A DNA stretch of 64,000 bases from Brevundimonas sp. (lineage in GTDB: Bacteria > Pseudomonadota > Alphaproteobacteria > Caulobacterales > Caulobacteraceae): NCBI RefSeq assembly GCF_013912005.1, contig NZ_JACESB010000006.1, forward strand, positions 35,784 to 99,783, read 5' to 3'. The position numbers were made by a program, and so were the translations under genes. The notes under the pieces are model-generated. The model saw nothing but the letters and a program-made list of their open reading frames with translations, was not told the DNA's origin and ran no database searches. How positions within the stretch are numbered: position 1 is the first letter of the stretch; the number at the start of each line of letters is the position of its first letter. Below are positions 39,279 to 48,722 of this stretch, piece by piece.

Positions 39279-39526
39279 CACTCGAACGCGGCGGGTTCGA
39301 CGCCGCGGGCCTGGCCGTCGGCGCCGACGACGATCTTCTCGACGCGCAGCTGGGCGGCCTTCAGGCGGGCCTCGCAGTGGGCCTTGAGGCGCGCGCCCTC
39401 CTCGTAGAGGGCGATCGACTCCTCGAGCGGCGCCTGGCCGGACTCGAGCTTCTGGACGATCTGCTCGAGGCGCTGGAGGGCGTCCTCGAAGCTGAGGTCG
39501 GCGGGAATGGCGGCGGCGTCGGTCAT
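39278..39526 (-). CDS. xseB: Exodeoxyribonuclease VII small subunit
   Basis: [32 protein letters not shown]...C. Confidence 0.96.
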   Translation of the reverse strand: MTDAAAIPADLSFEDALQRLEQIVQKLESGQAPLEESIALYEEGARLKAHCEARLKAAQLRVEKIVVGADGQARGVEPAAFE

Positions 39527-39575
39527 CGGCGGGACCCTAGAGGCGGGCGCCGTGCGCCTCAAGGGGCGCGGCGGA

Positions 39576-40256
39576 TCAGCGTTTCTCGTAGCGGCGCTGG
39601 GACCAGTATTTGAAGCCCTGGTTGTGGACGAGCTTCCAGCCGTCGGCCTTCAGGCGGCGGCCGACCATGTGGTTGAAATAGCCGTGGGCGAGGACCAGCA
39701 CGTCCTGGCCGGACTCGGCGCGCTCGATCAGGGCCTGGGCCGCCTGCTCCGCCCGCCTCTCGGCCTCGGCGCGGGTCTCCTGGCCCTCGTGATGGTTGAA
39801 GGCGTGCCACCAGAAGCGGGCCACCGCGCCCCAGTATTTGGGCGGCAGCCTGAACCAGGCGGGGAAGCGGGGCGGCGGCAGGGGCGCCTCGATGAACAGG
39901 GCGTCGGACATGACCTCGCGGCCGGCGGCGACGGCGGCGGCGGTCTCCTGGGCGCGCTGGCGGGTGGAGGCGTAGATGGCGCCGGCCCCCTCGGCGGTGG
40001 CGACCAGCTCGGGCGGCGGGGTCTGGCCGGCGCGCAGGCCGCCGACCTCGTAGCGGGCCCACCAGTCGCGGTACTGGTCGGCGGTGAGCAGGCATTTGCG
40101 CGACAGGGCGGGCTCGCCGTGGCGGGCGAGGATGATGGCCCCCGGCCGCACCGCCACGAGGGCGGCGGCGCGCGGGAGCGGCGCAGGCGGGGCGCCGGTT
40201 TCTGCCGAGGGCTCGCGGGCGGGGGCTGACATGCGCGACAGGTCGGGAAGTCCCAT
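39576..40256 (-). CDS. Histidine phosphatase family protein
   Basis: LARHGEP, RAQETA and VLAHG motifs. Start uncertain (40256 or 40232). Confidence 0.85.
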   Translation of the reverse strand: MGLPDLSRMSAPAREPSAETGAPPAPLPRAAALVAVRPGAIILARHGEPALSRKCLLTADQYRDWWARYEVGGLRAGQTPPPELVATAEGAGAIYASTRQRAQETAAAVAAGREVMSDALFIEAPLPPPRFPAWFRLPPKYWGAVARFWWHAFNHHEGQETRAEAERRAEQAAQALIERAESGQDVLVLAHGYFNHMVGRRLKADGWKLVHNQGFKYWSQRRYEKR

Positions 40257-40404
40257 GCGTTCCGACCCTTGTCCTCCCCAAAGCCTGACCCGGGCGTTCG
40301 CCGAGCGACACGCCCCCCTGCAGGTGGTAGCCGCCATCGGGCGGGGTGACAACCTCGTCGGCGCCGGGCTTGCCGCGGCGGGCGCGCCGGGCTAGGCGCC
40401 GGGG

Positions 40405-40932
40405 ATGAACGAAGCCGTGATCCGCCCTGCCGTCGACGCCGACGCCCCGGCCCTGGGCGAGCTGGGACGGCAGACCTTCATCGACACCTTCGTGGCGGGA
40501 TTCGGCATCCCCTACCCGGCCGACGACCTGACAACCTTCCTCGACGCCAGCTTCAGCCCGGAGACGATCCGCACGAAGCTGAAGGAGCCCGGGGCGGCGT
40601 GGTGGGTGGCCGAGCAGGACGGGCGGCTGCTGGCCTTCGCCAACGCCGGGCCGAACACCCTCCCCCATCCCGAGGCGCGGGCGAGCCACGCCGAGCTGCG
40701 GCGCCTCTATGTGTCGAAGGCGGCGCAGGGCCTCGGCCTCGGCACGCGGCTGCTGGAGACGGCGCTGGCGTGGATGGAGGCGCACACCGACGGGCCGCTG
40801 TGGATCGGCGTGTGGAGCGGCAATCTGAAGGCCCAGAAGCTGTACGCCGCCTACGGCTTCGAAAAGGCCGGGGAGTACCAGTACCCGGTCGGGCGCTGGC
40901 TGGACGACGAGTTCATCCTGCGCCGCGGCTAG
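40405..40932 (+). CDS. GNAT N-acetyltransferase
   Basis: LRRLYV..AQGLGLGTRLL and N.KAQKLYAAYGF. Confidence 0.9.
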   Translation: MNEAVIRPAVDADAPALGELGRQTFIDTFVAGFGIPYPADDLTTFLDASFSPETIRTKLKEPGAAWWVAEQDGRLLAFANAGPNTLPHPEARASHAELRRLYVSKAAQGLGLGTRLLETALAWMEAHTDGPLWIGVWSGNLKAQKLYAAYGFEKAGEYQYPVGRWLDDEFILRRG

Positions 40933-40966
40933 CGGAACCGTTGCGGCCGCCGTCGGTTCGGCCGGC

Positions 40967-41695
40967 ATGGGCGACGTTCGGATCGGCACCTCGGGCTGGG
41001 CCTACAAGGACTGGAACGGGCCGTTCTATCCCGAAGAGGTCAGGGCGGCGGGGCGGCTGGAATACATCTCGCGGCGGTTCCGCACGCTGGAGATCAACGC
41101 CAGCTTCTACCGCATGCCGACGGACCGCGCGGTGGCGGGGTGGCGGGCGCAGACGCCGGACGACTTCGTGTTCGCCTGGAAGGCCTCCCGCTTCATCACC
41201 CACAACAAGAAGCTGAAGGATCCGGCCGAGCCGCTGGCCTACATGTTCGGGCGGATCGCCGGCCTGGGGCCGAAGATCGGGCCGATCCTGTTCCAGCTGC
41301 CGCCCAACCTGCACCGCAACGACGAACGGCTGGAGAGCTTCCTCGACGCCCTGCCGGGGGGACACCGGTACAGCGTCGAGTTCCGCCATCCCGGCTGGTA
41401 CGCCGACGAGGTGCTGGCGATGTTGCGCAAGCGGAACGTGGCCCTGTGCATCTCCGATCACCACCACGCCCCGGCGCCGTGGGAGGCGACGGCGGACTTC
41501 ATCTACCTCAGGGGACACGGCCCCGGCGGCCGGTATCACGGCCGCTACGGCGAGGGGGCGCTGACGGACTGGGCGCAGGCGATCCGCCGGTGGCGGAAGG
41601 CGCGCGACGTCTTCGTCTATTTCGACAACGACATCAAGAGCGCCGCGCCGCAGGATGCGGACCAGCTGATCGGGCTGCTGGAGCGTTCCGGTTGA
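40967..41695 (+). CDS. DUF72 family protein
   Basis: IGTSGW.Y..W, EINASFY, LFQLPP, VEFRH, YLRGHG and YFDND. Confidence 0.93.
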   Translation: MGDVRIGTSGWAYKDWNGPFYPEEVRAAGRLEYISRRFRTLEINASFYRMPTDRAVAGWRAQTPDDFVFAWKASRFITHNKKLKDPAEPLAYMFGRIAGLGPKIGPILFQLPPNLHRNDERLESFLDALPGGHRYSVEFRHPGWYADEVLAMLRKRNVALCISDHHHAPAPWEATADFIYLRGHGPGGRYHGRYGEGALTDWAQAIRRWRKARDVFVYFDNDIKSAAPQDADQLIGLLERSG

Positions 41696-41720
41696 CGGGC
41701 CGACGCGCTATGTTGAGGGC

Positions 41721-42014
41721 ATGACCCGCGACGAACTGCTGGCCAAGCTGCGCGAACTGAAGCCCTGGCTGGAGGCGCAGGGCATCGTCAACGTCCGCCT
41801 GTTCGGCAGCTATGCCCGCGACGAGGCGGGGCCGGACAGCGACGTGGATCTGCTGGTGGAGGTCACGCGGCCCTTGCCCGGGAGCTGGGGGCGACCGGAT
41901 GTCGAAGCCGGGCTGAGCGAGAAGCTGGGGCTCGATGTCCAGGTGGTCACGGAGCAGGCGCTGACGAACCCCTACATCCGGTACACAGCGGAGCGCGACG
42001 CTCTTGTTGTCTGA
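41721..42014 (+). CDS. mntA: MNT minimal nucleotidyltransferase (antitoxin)
   Basis: FGSYARDEAGPDSDVDLL matches GSX10DXD. Confidence 0.9.
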   Translation: MTRDELLAKLRELKPWLEAQGIVNVRLFGSYARDEAGPDSDVDLLVEVTRPLPGSWGRPDVEAGLSEKLGLDVQVVTEQALTNPYIRYTAERDALVV

Positions 42015-42360
42015 CCCCAGGGACGCCGCATTTCTCTTCGAGATGCATCGCATCCTCAGGGAGATCGCGGACCTGGTCGAGGGCCAGGTCCGCGAGGACT
42101 TCCTGGCTGATCGCTTCAAGCCCGATGCGCTCGCCGTTCGTTTCCTGATGCTCGGGGAAGCGACCAACCGGATCGGTCGAGGAACGTGGGCGCTGCACCC
42201 ACAGATCGAGTGGAGAAGGATCGCAAACCTTCGGCACCTGATCGCGCACGAATACCGGAAGATCGATCACGGCGAACTGTGGAAGATCGCCGCCACTGAA
42301 GCCCCGCTTTTGGCCCGCACACTCCCCTTCCCGCCCACACCCGCGGACGTCTTCGACTGA
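42004..42360 (+). CDS. hepT: HEPN/DUF86 ribonuclease toxin
   Basis: LGEATNRI, IEWRRIANL, RHLIAHEY (RX4H plus Tyr) and ID...LW. Overlaps mntA. Confidence 0.88.
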   Translation: MLSDPRDAAFLFEMHRILREIADLVEGQVREDFLADRFKPDALAVRFLMLGEATNRIGRGTWALHPQIEWRRIANLRHLIAHEYRKIDHGELWKIAATEAPLLARTLPFPPTPADVFD

Positions 42361-43538
42361 TGCTCCTCCCCTTCTTCACCGCCCTGCGCGACGCGAAAGT
42401 GCCTGTCTCCATGAAGGAATGGCTCCATCTGATGGAGGCCATGGATCGCGGCGTGGCCGGCGGTCGGGTGGAGGATTTCTACCACCTGTCGCGGGCGGTG
42501 CTGATCAAGGACGAGAAGCACTACGACCGGTTCGACCAGGTGTTCGGCAAGGTGTTCGCCGGGATCGAGACCGTCGGCGCGGGCGAGGACCTGACCACCG
42601 ACATCCCCGAGGACTGGCTGCGGCTGTTGACCGAGAAATTCCTCACCGACGAGGAGAAGGCGCAGATCGAGGCCCTGGGCGGGTTCGAAATGCTGATGGA
42701 GACGCTGAAGCAGCGGCTGGAGGAGCAGAAGGGCCGGCACGAGGGCGGCAACAAGTGGATCGGCACCGGCGGGACCAGCCCCTTCGGCCACGGCGGCTAC
42801 AATCCCGAGGGGGTGCGCATCGGCGGTCCGGGCCGGCACGGGCGCGCGGTCAAGGTGTGGGAGAAACGCGAGTACCGGAACCTCGACGACAGCGTCGAGC
42901 TGGGCACGCGCAACATCAAGGTCGCCCTGCGCCGCCTGCGCCGGTTCGCCCGGCAGGGCGCGCCGGACGAACTGGACATGGACGCCACCATCGACGGGAC
43001 GGCGCGGCAGGGCTGGCTGGACATCCACATGCGGCCCGAGCGGCGCAACACCATCAAGGTGCTGCTGTTCCTCGACATCGGCGGATCGATGGATGCCCAT
43101 GTGAAGATGTGCGAGGAGCTGTTCTCGGCCGCGAAGACCGAGTTCAAGCATCTGGAATTCTTCTACTTCCACAACTGCCTCTACGAGGGCGTGTGGAAGG
43201 ACAACCGGCGCCGGCACACCGAGAAGATCCCGACGTGGGAGGTGCTGCACCGGTACGCCGCCGACTGGCGGGCGATCTTCGTCGGCGACGCCACGATGAG
43301 TCCGTACGAGGTCACCATGCCGGGCGGCTCGGTGGAGCACTGGAACGAGGAGGCGGGCGCCGTCTGGCTGAAGCGGGCGACGCAGCAGTGGGACCGGGTG
43401 GCGTGGCTGAACCCTGCGCCCGAGCGGTACTGGAGCTATTCGCCGTCGGTGGGGATGATCCGCGAACTGGTCGACGAACGGATGTACCCGCTCACCCTGG
43501 AAGGGCTGGACAAGGCGATGCGGGCGCTGGCCAAATAG
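42360..43538 (+). CDS. vWA domain (CoxE-like) protein
   Basis: KWIGTGGTSPFG, FLDIGGSMD (MIDAS), YFHNC and VGDATMSPYE. Confidence 0.9.
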   Translation: MLLPFFTALRDAKVPVSMKEWLHLMEAMDRGVAGGRVEDFYHLSRAVLIKDEKHYDRFDQVFGKVFAGIETVGAGEDLTTDIPEDWLRLLTEKFLTDEEKAQIEALGGFEMLMETLKQRLEEQKGRHEGGNKWIGTGGTSPFGHGGYNPEGVRIGGPGRHGRAVKVWEKREYRNLDDSVELGTRNIKVALRRLRRFARQGAPDELDMDATIDGTARQGWLDIHMRPERRNTIKVLLFLDIGGSMDAHVKMCEELFSAAKTEFKHLEFFYFHNCLYEGVWKDNRRRHTEKIPTWEVLHRYAADWRAIFVGDATMSPYEVTMPGGSVEHWNEEAGAVWLKRATQQWDRVAWLNPAPERYWSYSPSVGMIRELVDERMYPLTLEGLDKAMRALAK

Positions 43539-43567
43539 GCCGTCGGGTCACGAAGAGGAGGACCTCG

Positions 43568-44083
43568 ATGCTCGCCGCCGTCATCGCCCTGCTGCTGCTG
43601 CCGCAGACCGCGCCCGCCGCCACCGGACAGGTGGTCTGGTCGGAGCCCCCGCCCCCCGCGGCCGAGGCGCCCGCCGCGCCGGCCCCGCCGCCGATTCCCG
43701 ACAGCGCCCGCACGGACCCCTATGGTTACGAGCGCGCCCAGTGCAATCCGATGATCCGCGGCGCCGACGAGAGTCTGGAGGCTTGCCAGTCACGGGTGCG
43801 CAGCGTGCTGGCGGCGCATCTGGGCGCCGCCCTGCCGGCGGGGCTGGCTCCGGAGGCCGCCGCCGACAGCTGCCGGCAGGAGGCGGGGGACGACGGCTAC
43901 GGACTGGAGTGCGCCCGGCGAGGGCGGAGCGTCCCCGCAGGCCCGCAGCTGCGCGAGCGGACCTGCACGACCCGGCCCCGGGTGACGGACGGCGGCGGAG
44001 TCGCCTTCCGCGAGGAATGCACCGTCAACGACCAGGAGGAACGCGACGAGGGCCTGCGCATCCGGCTGGGCGGCGAGGACTGA
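43568..44083 (+). CDS. Secreted hypothetical protein with six Cys
   Basis: GAGGA RBS, signal peptide and Pro-rich linker; DPYGYERAQC motif. Confidence 0.7.
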   Translation: MLAAVIALLLLPQTAPAATGQVVWSEPPPPAAEAPAAPAPPPIPDSARTDPYGYERAQCNPMIRGADESLEACQSRVRSVLAAHLGAALPAGLAPEAAADSCRQEAGDDGYGLECARRGRSVPAGPQLRERTCTTRPRVTDGGGVAFREECTVNDQEERDEGLRIRLGGED

Positions 44084-44090
44084 CCGCACA

Positions 44091-44118
44091 GAAAACGCCG
44101 CCCCCGGAAGGGGCGGCG
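44091..44118 (-). terminator. Rho-independent terminator downstream of csbD
   Basis: Stem CGCCGCCCC / GGGGCGGCG followed on the - strand by TTTTC. Confidence 0.7.
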
Positions 44119-44140
44119 CGTTCGCCGGCGGGAGCCGGGA

Positions 44141-44326
44141 CTAGTGGCGCTTGTCGTCGCGAAGCGAGTCCTTCACGCCGCCGACGGCGTTCTGGACCTT
44201 GCCTTCCACCTGGTCGGCCTTGCCCTCGGTCTTCAGCTTCTGGTCGCCGGTGAGGTCGCCGGCGGCTTCCTTCACCTTGCCGCCCATGTTCTTGGCGGAA
44301 CCTTCGACGCGGTCATGATCGGCCAT
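44141..44326 (-). CDS. csbD: CsbD family general stress protein
   Basis: DRVEGSAKNMGGKVKEAAGDLTGD..L..EG..DQ..GK; AAGGAGG RBS. Confidence 0.93.
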   Translation of the reverse strand: MADHDRVEGSAKNMGGKVKEAAGDLTGDQKLKTEGKADQVEGKVQNAVGGVKDSLRDDKRH

Positions 44327-44375
44327 GAGACCCTCCTTGTGCGGCGCCCCCAGGGTGGCGGCGCGTCGGAACCTC

Positions 44376-44400
44376 AACGGGTCGCCCCGGCGGCCGTTCC
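44376..44400 (-). promoter_or_regulatory. EcfG/sigmaT (general stress) promoter of csbD
   Basis: GGAAC-N16-CGTT on the - strand, an exact match to the consensus. Confidence 0.85.
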
Positions 44401-44409
44401 GCGCCTGAC

Positions 44410-44862
44410 TCAGGCGTGATGACGCAGCCAGGCGGCGACCGCCCAGGCGTGGGCGTCGTGGCGCAGTTCGGCGAGGGCCGCGTGCGGGTGGAGCCAGACC
44501 AGTTCGTGGTCGTCCTCGATCTTGGCGGCGGGATCGAGCGACAGTCGGCGGGCGATCCAGAAGCCGCCGACGTTGTTGTGGGGCGTCCCGTCCGACTTGC
44601 GGAAATACTGCCCGGCGGCGGCGATGCGCTCGACCGGCTCGACCGTCATGCCGGTCTCCTCGAGGAACTCGCGCACGAGCGCCTGCTCCTCGGTCTCGTC
44701 GCCGTCGATCGCGCCGCCGGGCAGGTCGTAGTAGCTGCCCGCGCCGCGGTCGACGCGGACGCAGGCGAGGCGGGCGTCGTGAAACACCAGGCCGAAGGCG
44801 GTGGCGCGGTCCGGATAGTCCAGACCCGCGTCGCGCCGGCCGAACTGCAGGGCCGGCCGCAT
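44410..44862 (-). CDS. NUDIX hydrolase
   Basis: Nudix box LPGGAIDGDETEEQALVREFLEETG. Confidence 0.9.
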   Translation of the reverse strand: MRPALQFGRRDAGLDYPDRATAFGLVFHDARLACVRVDRGAGSYYDLPGGAIDGDETEEQALVREFLEETGMTVEPVERIAAAGQYFRKSDGTPHNNVGGFWIARRLSLDPAAKIEDDHELVWLHPHAALAELRHDAHAWAVAAWLRHHA

Positions 44863-45908
44863 CAGAGATCGAAGGCCAGACGGGCGCGCACGCCCTTGTG
44901 GTCCGGGTCCAGCTCCACGGAGGAGCGCAGGCCCGCGGCCATGGCCGAGACGATCTTGCCGCCGAGACCGGTGCCCTTGGGCTTGCCGTCGCCCATGCCG
45001 GGACCGTCGTCCTCCACCGTCAGCAGCGCGCGCCGGTCGCCGTCCGGCTCGAGGATGACGCGGATCTCGCCGCCCGCCCCCGGCGCGTAGGCGTATTTGG
45101 CGGCGTTGGTGACCAGCTCGGTGACGACCACGCCGAGCGAGACCGCCTGGTCCGTGGACACCCGCATCGGCCGGGCCTTCAGCACCACCCGCGGCGATCC
45201 GGCGTCCGGCCCGAGCGACTTGGACAGCTCGTCGATCAGACCCTCGAGGTATTCGTCCATGGCCACCGAGGCCATGTCGCCGGAGGTGTAGAGCCGCCGG
45301 TGGACGTGGGCGACGGCCTCGATGCGGGCCTGGGACTCGCGGAGCGCGGCGCGGGCGCCCTCGTCGGTGAGGTGGCGCAGCTGCAGGGACATGAAGCTGG
45401 AGACCAGCTGGAGCGAGTTGCCGACGCGGTGGTTGACCTCGCGCAGCATGGCCTCGGCCCGGTCGCGGGCGAGCCGGACCTGCTCCTGCGCCTCCTCGTG
45501 CTCCCGCTTCAGCCGGCGCGCCTGCAGGGCGTGCTCGAGCGCGTTGCGGAGAAGGGCGGTGAAGTCCTCGGAGACGTCCTTGATCACATAGTCGGCGGCA
45601 CCGGCGCGCAGGGCGGCGACGGCGATGCGGCCCTCCTGGGCGCCGGTGACGTAGACCACCGGCGGGGGGTCCGGCAGGGCGATGATGTCGGGCAGCACGT
45701 CGAGGCCTTCGCGGCCGGGCATGTAGTGGTCAAGGGCGACGACGTCGAAGCGCCCGGCCGCCGCGCCCAGAAGATCGAGCCCCGCGTCGCCGTCGGGCGC
45801 GCAGGTGACGACATAGCCGTGACGCCCCAGCTCCTTCTCGACCAGCCGCGACAGGCCGCGGTCATCGTCGATGTAGAGCAGGCGAATGACCTCCCCCGCA
45901 GCCTTCAC
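44862..45908 (-). CDS. Receiver domain plus HisKA_2/HWE-type histidine kinase
   Basis: Receiver IDDD...LDHYMP...YVIK, H-box EVNHRVGNSLQ, ELVTNAAKY, VEDDGPG and GLG. Confidence 0.92.
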   Translation of the reverse strand: MKAAGEVIRLLYIDDDRGLSRLVEKELGRHGYVVTCAPDGDAGLDLLGAAAGRFDVVALDHYMPGREGLDVLPDIIALPDPPPVVYVTGAQEGRIAVAALRAGAADYVIKDVSEDFTALLRNALEHALQARRLKREHEEAQEQVRLARDRAEAMLREVNHRVGNSLQLVSSFMSLQLRHLTDEGARAALRESQARIEAVAHVHRRLYTSGDMASVAMDEYLEGLIDELSKSLGPDAGSPRVVLKARPMRVSTDQAVSLGVVVTELVTNAAKYAYAPGAGGEIRVILEPDGDRRALLTVEDDGPGMGDGKPKGTGLGGKIVSAMAAGLRSSVELDPDHKGVRARLAFDL

Positions 45909-46330
45909 TCGATCTCCGGCGCCTGCATCACCGAGAGGAAAAGCCCAAGCTGGCGAATGGCTCCCGCAAAGCTTTCATAATCGACCGGCTTGGTGATGTA
46001 GACGTTGCAGCCGAGGTCGTAGCAGCGCTGGATCTCCAGCTTGTCGTCGGTGGTGGTCAGGACCACGACCGGCGCGCGGTGCAGGCGTTCGTCGCCCTTG
46101 ACCCGGGCGAGGATGTCCGTGCCGGACATGTCGGGCAGATTCAGGTCCAGCAGGATGAGCAACGGCCCGTTCTGGCGGACCTCCTCGCTGAACAGGAAGT
46201 CGATCGCGGCGCCGCCCTCCGAGAAGTGCGCGATCTCGTTGGCGATGTTGGCCCGGCGGATATTCTTCTCGATCAGCTTGGCGTGGCCGAGGTCGTCCTC
46301 GATCATCACGATCTTGACGGAAGCGCTCAT
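45905..46330 (-). CDS. Single-domain response regulator (Rcp1-like)
   Basis: IEDD, LLDLNLP, VLTTTD and YITKP. ATG at 46330. Confidence 0.93.
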   Translation of the reverse strand: MSASVKIVMIEDDLGHAKLIEKNIRRANIANEIAHFSEGGAAIDFLFSEEVRQNGPLLILLDLNLPDMSGTDILARVKGDERLHRAPVVVLTTTDDKLEIQRCYDLGCNVYITKPVDYESFAGAIRQLGLFLSVMQAPEIE

Positions 46331-47859
46331 GTGAAGTCTCCGGCGTCGGCGAGGCTCAGGCGTTTGGGGAATTTCAGGATGAATGTCGAGCCCCGGCCGA
46401 GCTCGGATTCGACGCTGATCTCGCCGCCGAGACGGCGAACGCTGTTGCGCACGAAGGCCAGGCCGAGACCCTCGCCGGGGCGGTCCTGGCGGCCGGAGCG
46501 GCGGAACAGTTCGAAGATCCGCTCGTGGTCCCGTTCGGAGATGCCGCGGCCGTTGTCCTCCACGCGGTAGACGACGCGGCCGTCGGGCTCCTCCCGTCCG
46601 GAGACCACGATGCGCCCCGGCCGGGCCGGATCGAGGTATTTGAGGGCGTTGTCGACGAGGTTGCCGAAGATCTGCTCGACCGACAGGCGGTCGCTCTCCA
46701 GCCACGGCAGGGGCTCGACAAGGACCTCGGCGGCGGCGGACGCGGTCTGGTGGCGGACGCTGGCGGCGATCGCCTCGACCATGCTGGTCATGTCGAGGCT
46801 TTCGACGACGAGGGCCCGCCGCCCCTCCCGCGACAGGCGCAGGATAGCGTTGATCAGCCGGTCCATCTTCTCGGTCGAGGCGCGGATGAAGCCGATCGCC
46901 TCCGGCACGTCCTCGCGCACGGCGACCACCGCGTCCGGATCCAGGCTCTTCGGCGCCCGGTGCTCGATCGTGTCGATCTGGCGGGCCAGCACCTTGTTGG
47001 CCTGCTCCAGCTCGGAGGTGTAGCCCATCACATTGACCAGCGGCGCGCGCAGGTCGTGGCTGACGATATAGGCGAAGCGCTGGATCTCCTCGTTGGCCCG
47101 GGTGAGGTCGGCGGTGCGGTCGCGGACCTTGGTCTCGAGACTGGCGTTGAGGGCGGCGATGGCGTCGCGGGCCTGCTGGATCTCGAGGACGTAGCGGCGG
47201 ATCAGCCAGGCGCTGACCCCGGCCAGAACGAGGATCAGCAACGCCCCGATGGCGTTGGCGAGGACGGTGACCGCCCCGGACCACTCCGACTGCCGGGTGC
47301 GGAACTGGAGCCGGGTGACCTGGATCTCGTCGATGGCCTCGATCTCGACCCGCATGGCGTCCATCATGGCCTTGCCGCGGCCGCTGCGGACGTCGGCCAC
47401 GGCCTCGCCGATGCGCCCGGTGCGGGCGAAGCCGATGGTGCGGTCCATCAGGGCCAGTCGTTCGTCGGACAGCTCGCGCACCCGCTCCACGCGCGGCTGC
47501 AGGTCGGGATCGCCGGCGGTCAGGGCGGTGAGCTCGGCGAACAGCTCCGGCAGCTCGCGCCGCGCCTCGTCATGGACGGTCAGGTAGGTCGGCCGACCGG
47601 TGAGCATGAAGCCGCGCTGGCCGGTCTCGGCGTCGACGAGGCGGGTCAGAAGCTGGCGCGACAGGAAACGCACCTGCTGGGCCTGTTCGACCGTGTCGTT
47701 GAACTCGGCGGTGCGCCGGATCATCACGAAGACGGCCAGGTTGATGGCCAGCAGCAGGACAATGGCGAGGGCCAGCAGCGCGGCGATCCGGCGACCCAGG
47801 GTCGGCGAGCTGAGGAACCGGCCGAAGGCCCGGAGGGTGTCGCGCGAGGCCGAAATCAT
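46327..47859 (-). CDS. CHASE3 sensor histidine kinase
   Basis: TM-CHASE3 (DAETGQRGF, GKAMMDAMR)-TM, H-box YIVSHDLRAPL, NLVDNALKY, VEDNGRG and GLGL. Confidence 0.93.
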   Translation of the reverse strand: MISASRDTLRAFGRFLSSPTLGRRIAALLALAIVLLLAINLAVFVMIRRTAEFNDTVEQAQQVRFLSRQLLTRLVDAETGQRGFMLTGRPTYLTVHDEARRELPELFAELTALTAGDPDLQPRVERVRELSDERLALMDRTIGFARTGRIGEAVADVRSGRGKAMMDAMRVEIEAIDEIQVTRLQFRTRQSEWSGAVTVLANAIGALLILVLAGVSAWLIRRYVLEIQQARDAIAALNASLETKVRDRTADLTRANEEIQRFAYIVSHDLRAPLVNVMGYTSELEQANKVLARQIDTIEHRAPKSLDPDAVVAVREDVPEAIGFIRASTEKMDRLINAILRLSREGRRALVVESLDMTSMVEAIAASVRHQTASAAAEVLVEPLPWLESDRLSVEQIFGNLVDNALKYLDPARPGRIVVSGREEPDGRVVYRVEDNGRGISERDHERIFELFRRSGRQDRPGEGLGLAFVRNSVRRLGGEISVESELGRGSTFILKFPKRLSLADAGDFT

Positions 47860-47977
47860 CGGCCGGGAGCATTAGCGGGGGGAATGGCCCTGTCCAGTCG
47901 CGTGAGGAGAGAAACCCTCGCCGCCTCCCCACAAATGGGTACAGTCTGCGGCGTTCAGGGCGAAAAGGGGCGGGCTG

Positions 47978-48688
47978 ATGGTCTGGTGGTGGTGGATTGC
48001 GCCGGCGGTGGTCGCGCTTCTCGGGCTGACGCTGCTGTTCCGGGGCCTCGCCGCCCTGTTCCGCGGCCGGTTCGTCGCCGGGCTGGCGGGGGGCGGGACG
48101 GGGGCCCTGCTGACCGCGGCCGCGACGATCGCGGCCCTGCTGGCCCTGGACGTGCAGACCTACGCCCGGCTGACCTACGAACGGCCGGTGGCGACGCTGG
48201 AGACCCGGCAGCTCGGGCCGCAGTACTACGAGGCGACGCTGATCCAGCCGGCGCGGGGGGAGCGCGCGCCGGCGGCGACCAGCCTGTATCCGTTGCACGG
48301 CGACGAGTGGCGGATCGAGGCCCAGGTGCTGAAGTGGAAGCCGTGGGCCAATGTGCTGGGGCTGGACGCGCAATACCGGCTGGACCGGCTGTCGGGGCGG
48401 TACCGGTCGGTGCAGCAGGAGATCGAGGCCGAGCGCAGCGTGCATCCGCTGGCGGGCGGGGACGCCGGGCCGGACTGGCTGCCGTGGCGGCTGGACGCCT
48501 GGGAGCTGGCGCGGCGTCATCGCCGGTACGTGGACGCGGTCGACACCCTGTACGGCGGGGCGGCCTACATGCCGATGGCCGACGGGGCGCGCTACGAGAT
48601 CTGGATCACCCAGTCGGGACTGGTGGCGCGGCCGGCCAACGAGGCGGCGCGGGCGGCCTCGGCGGGCGGCTGGACGGAAGCGCCGTAG
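47978..48688 (+). CDS. Conserved membrane-anchored hypothetical protein
   Basis: Two N-terminal TM helices, GDEWRIEAQVLKWK, YRLDRLSGRY and YGGAAYMPMADGA; good GC3 bias. Confidence 0.75.
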   Translation: MVWWWWIAPAVVALLGLTLLFRGLAALFRGRFVAGLAGGGTGALLTAAATIAALLALDVQTYARLTYERPVATLETRQLGPQYYEATLIQPARGERAPAATSLYPLHGDEWRIEAQVLKWKPWANVLGLDAQYRLDRLSGRYRSVQQEIEAERSVHPLAGGDAGPDWLPWRLDAWELARRHRRYVDAVDTLYGGAAYMPMADGARYEIWITQSGLVARPANEAARAASAGGWTEAP

Positions 48689-48695
48689 CGGGCTT

Positions 48696-48720
48696 CCCCC
48701 TCCCCCGCCGGCGAGGAATG
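48696..48720. repeat. Degenerate copy of the REP-like element
   Basis: CCCCCTCCCCCGCCGGCGAGGAATG versus CCCCCTCCCCCTGCGGGGGAGGAATG at 35318-35343; lies between convergent genes. Confidence 0.6.
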
Positions 48721-48722
48721 AC

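Noticed and set aside
42203-42212. GATCGAGTGG, a partial match to the guaA att core
   Set aside because: It lies in frame within hepT (IEWRR) and diverges after 10 nt; coincidence.
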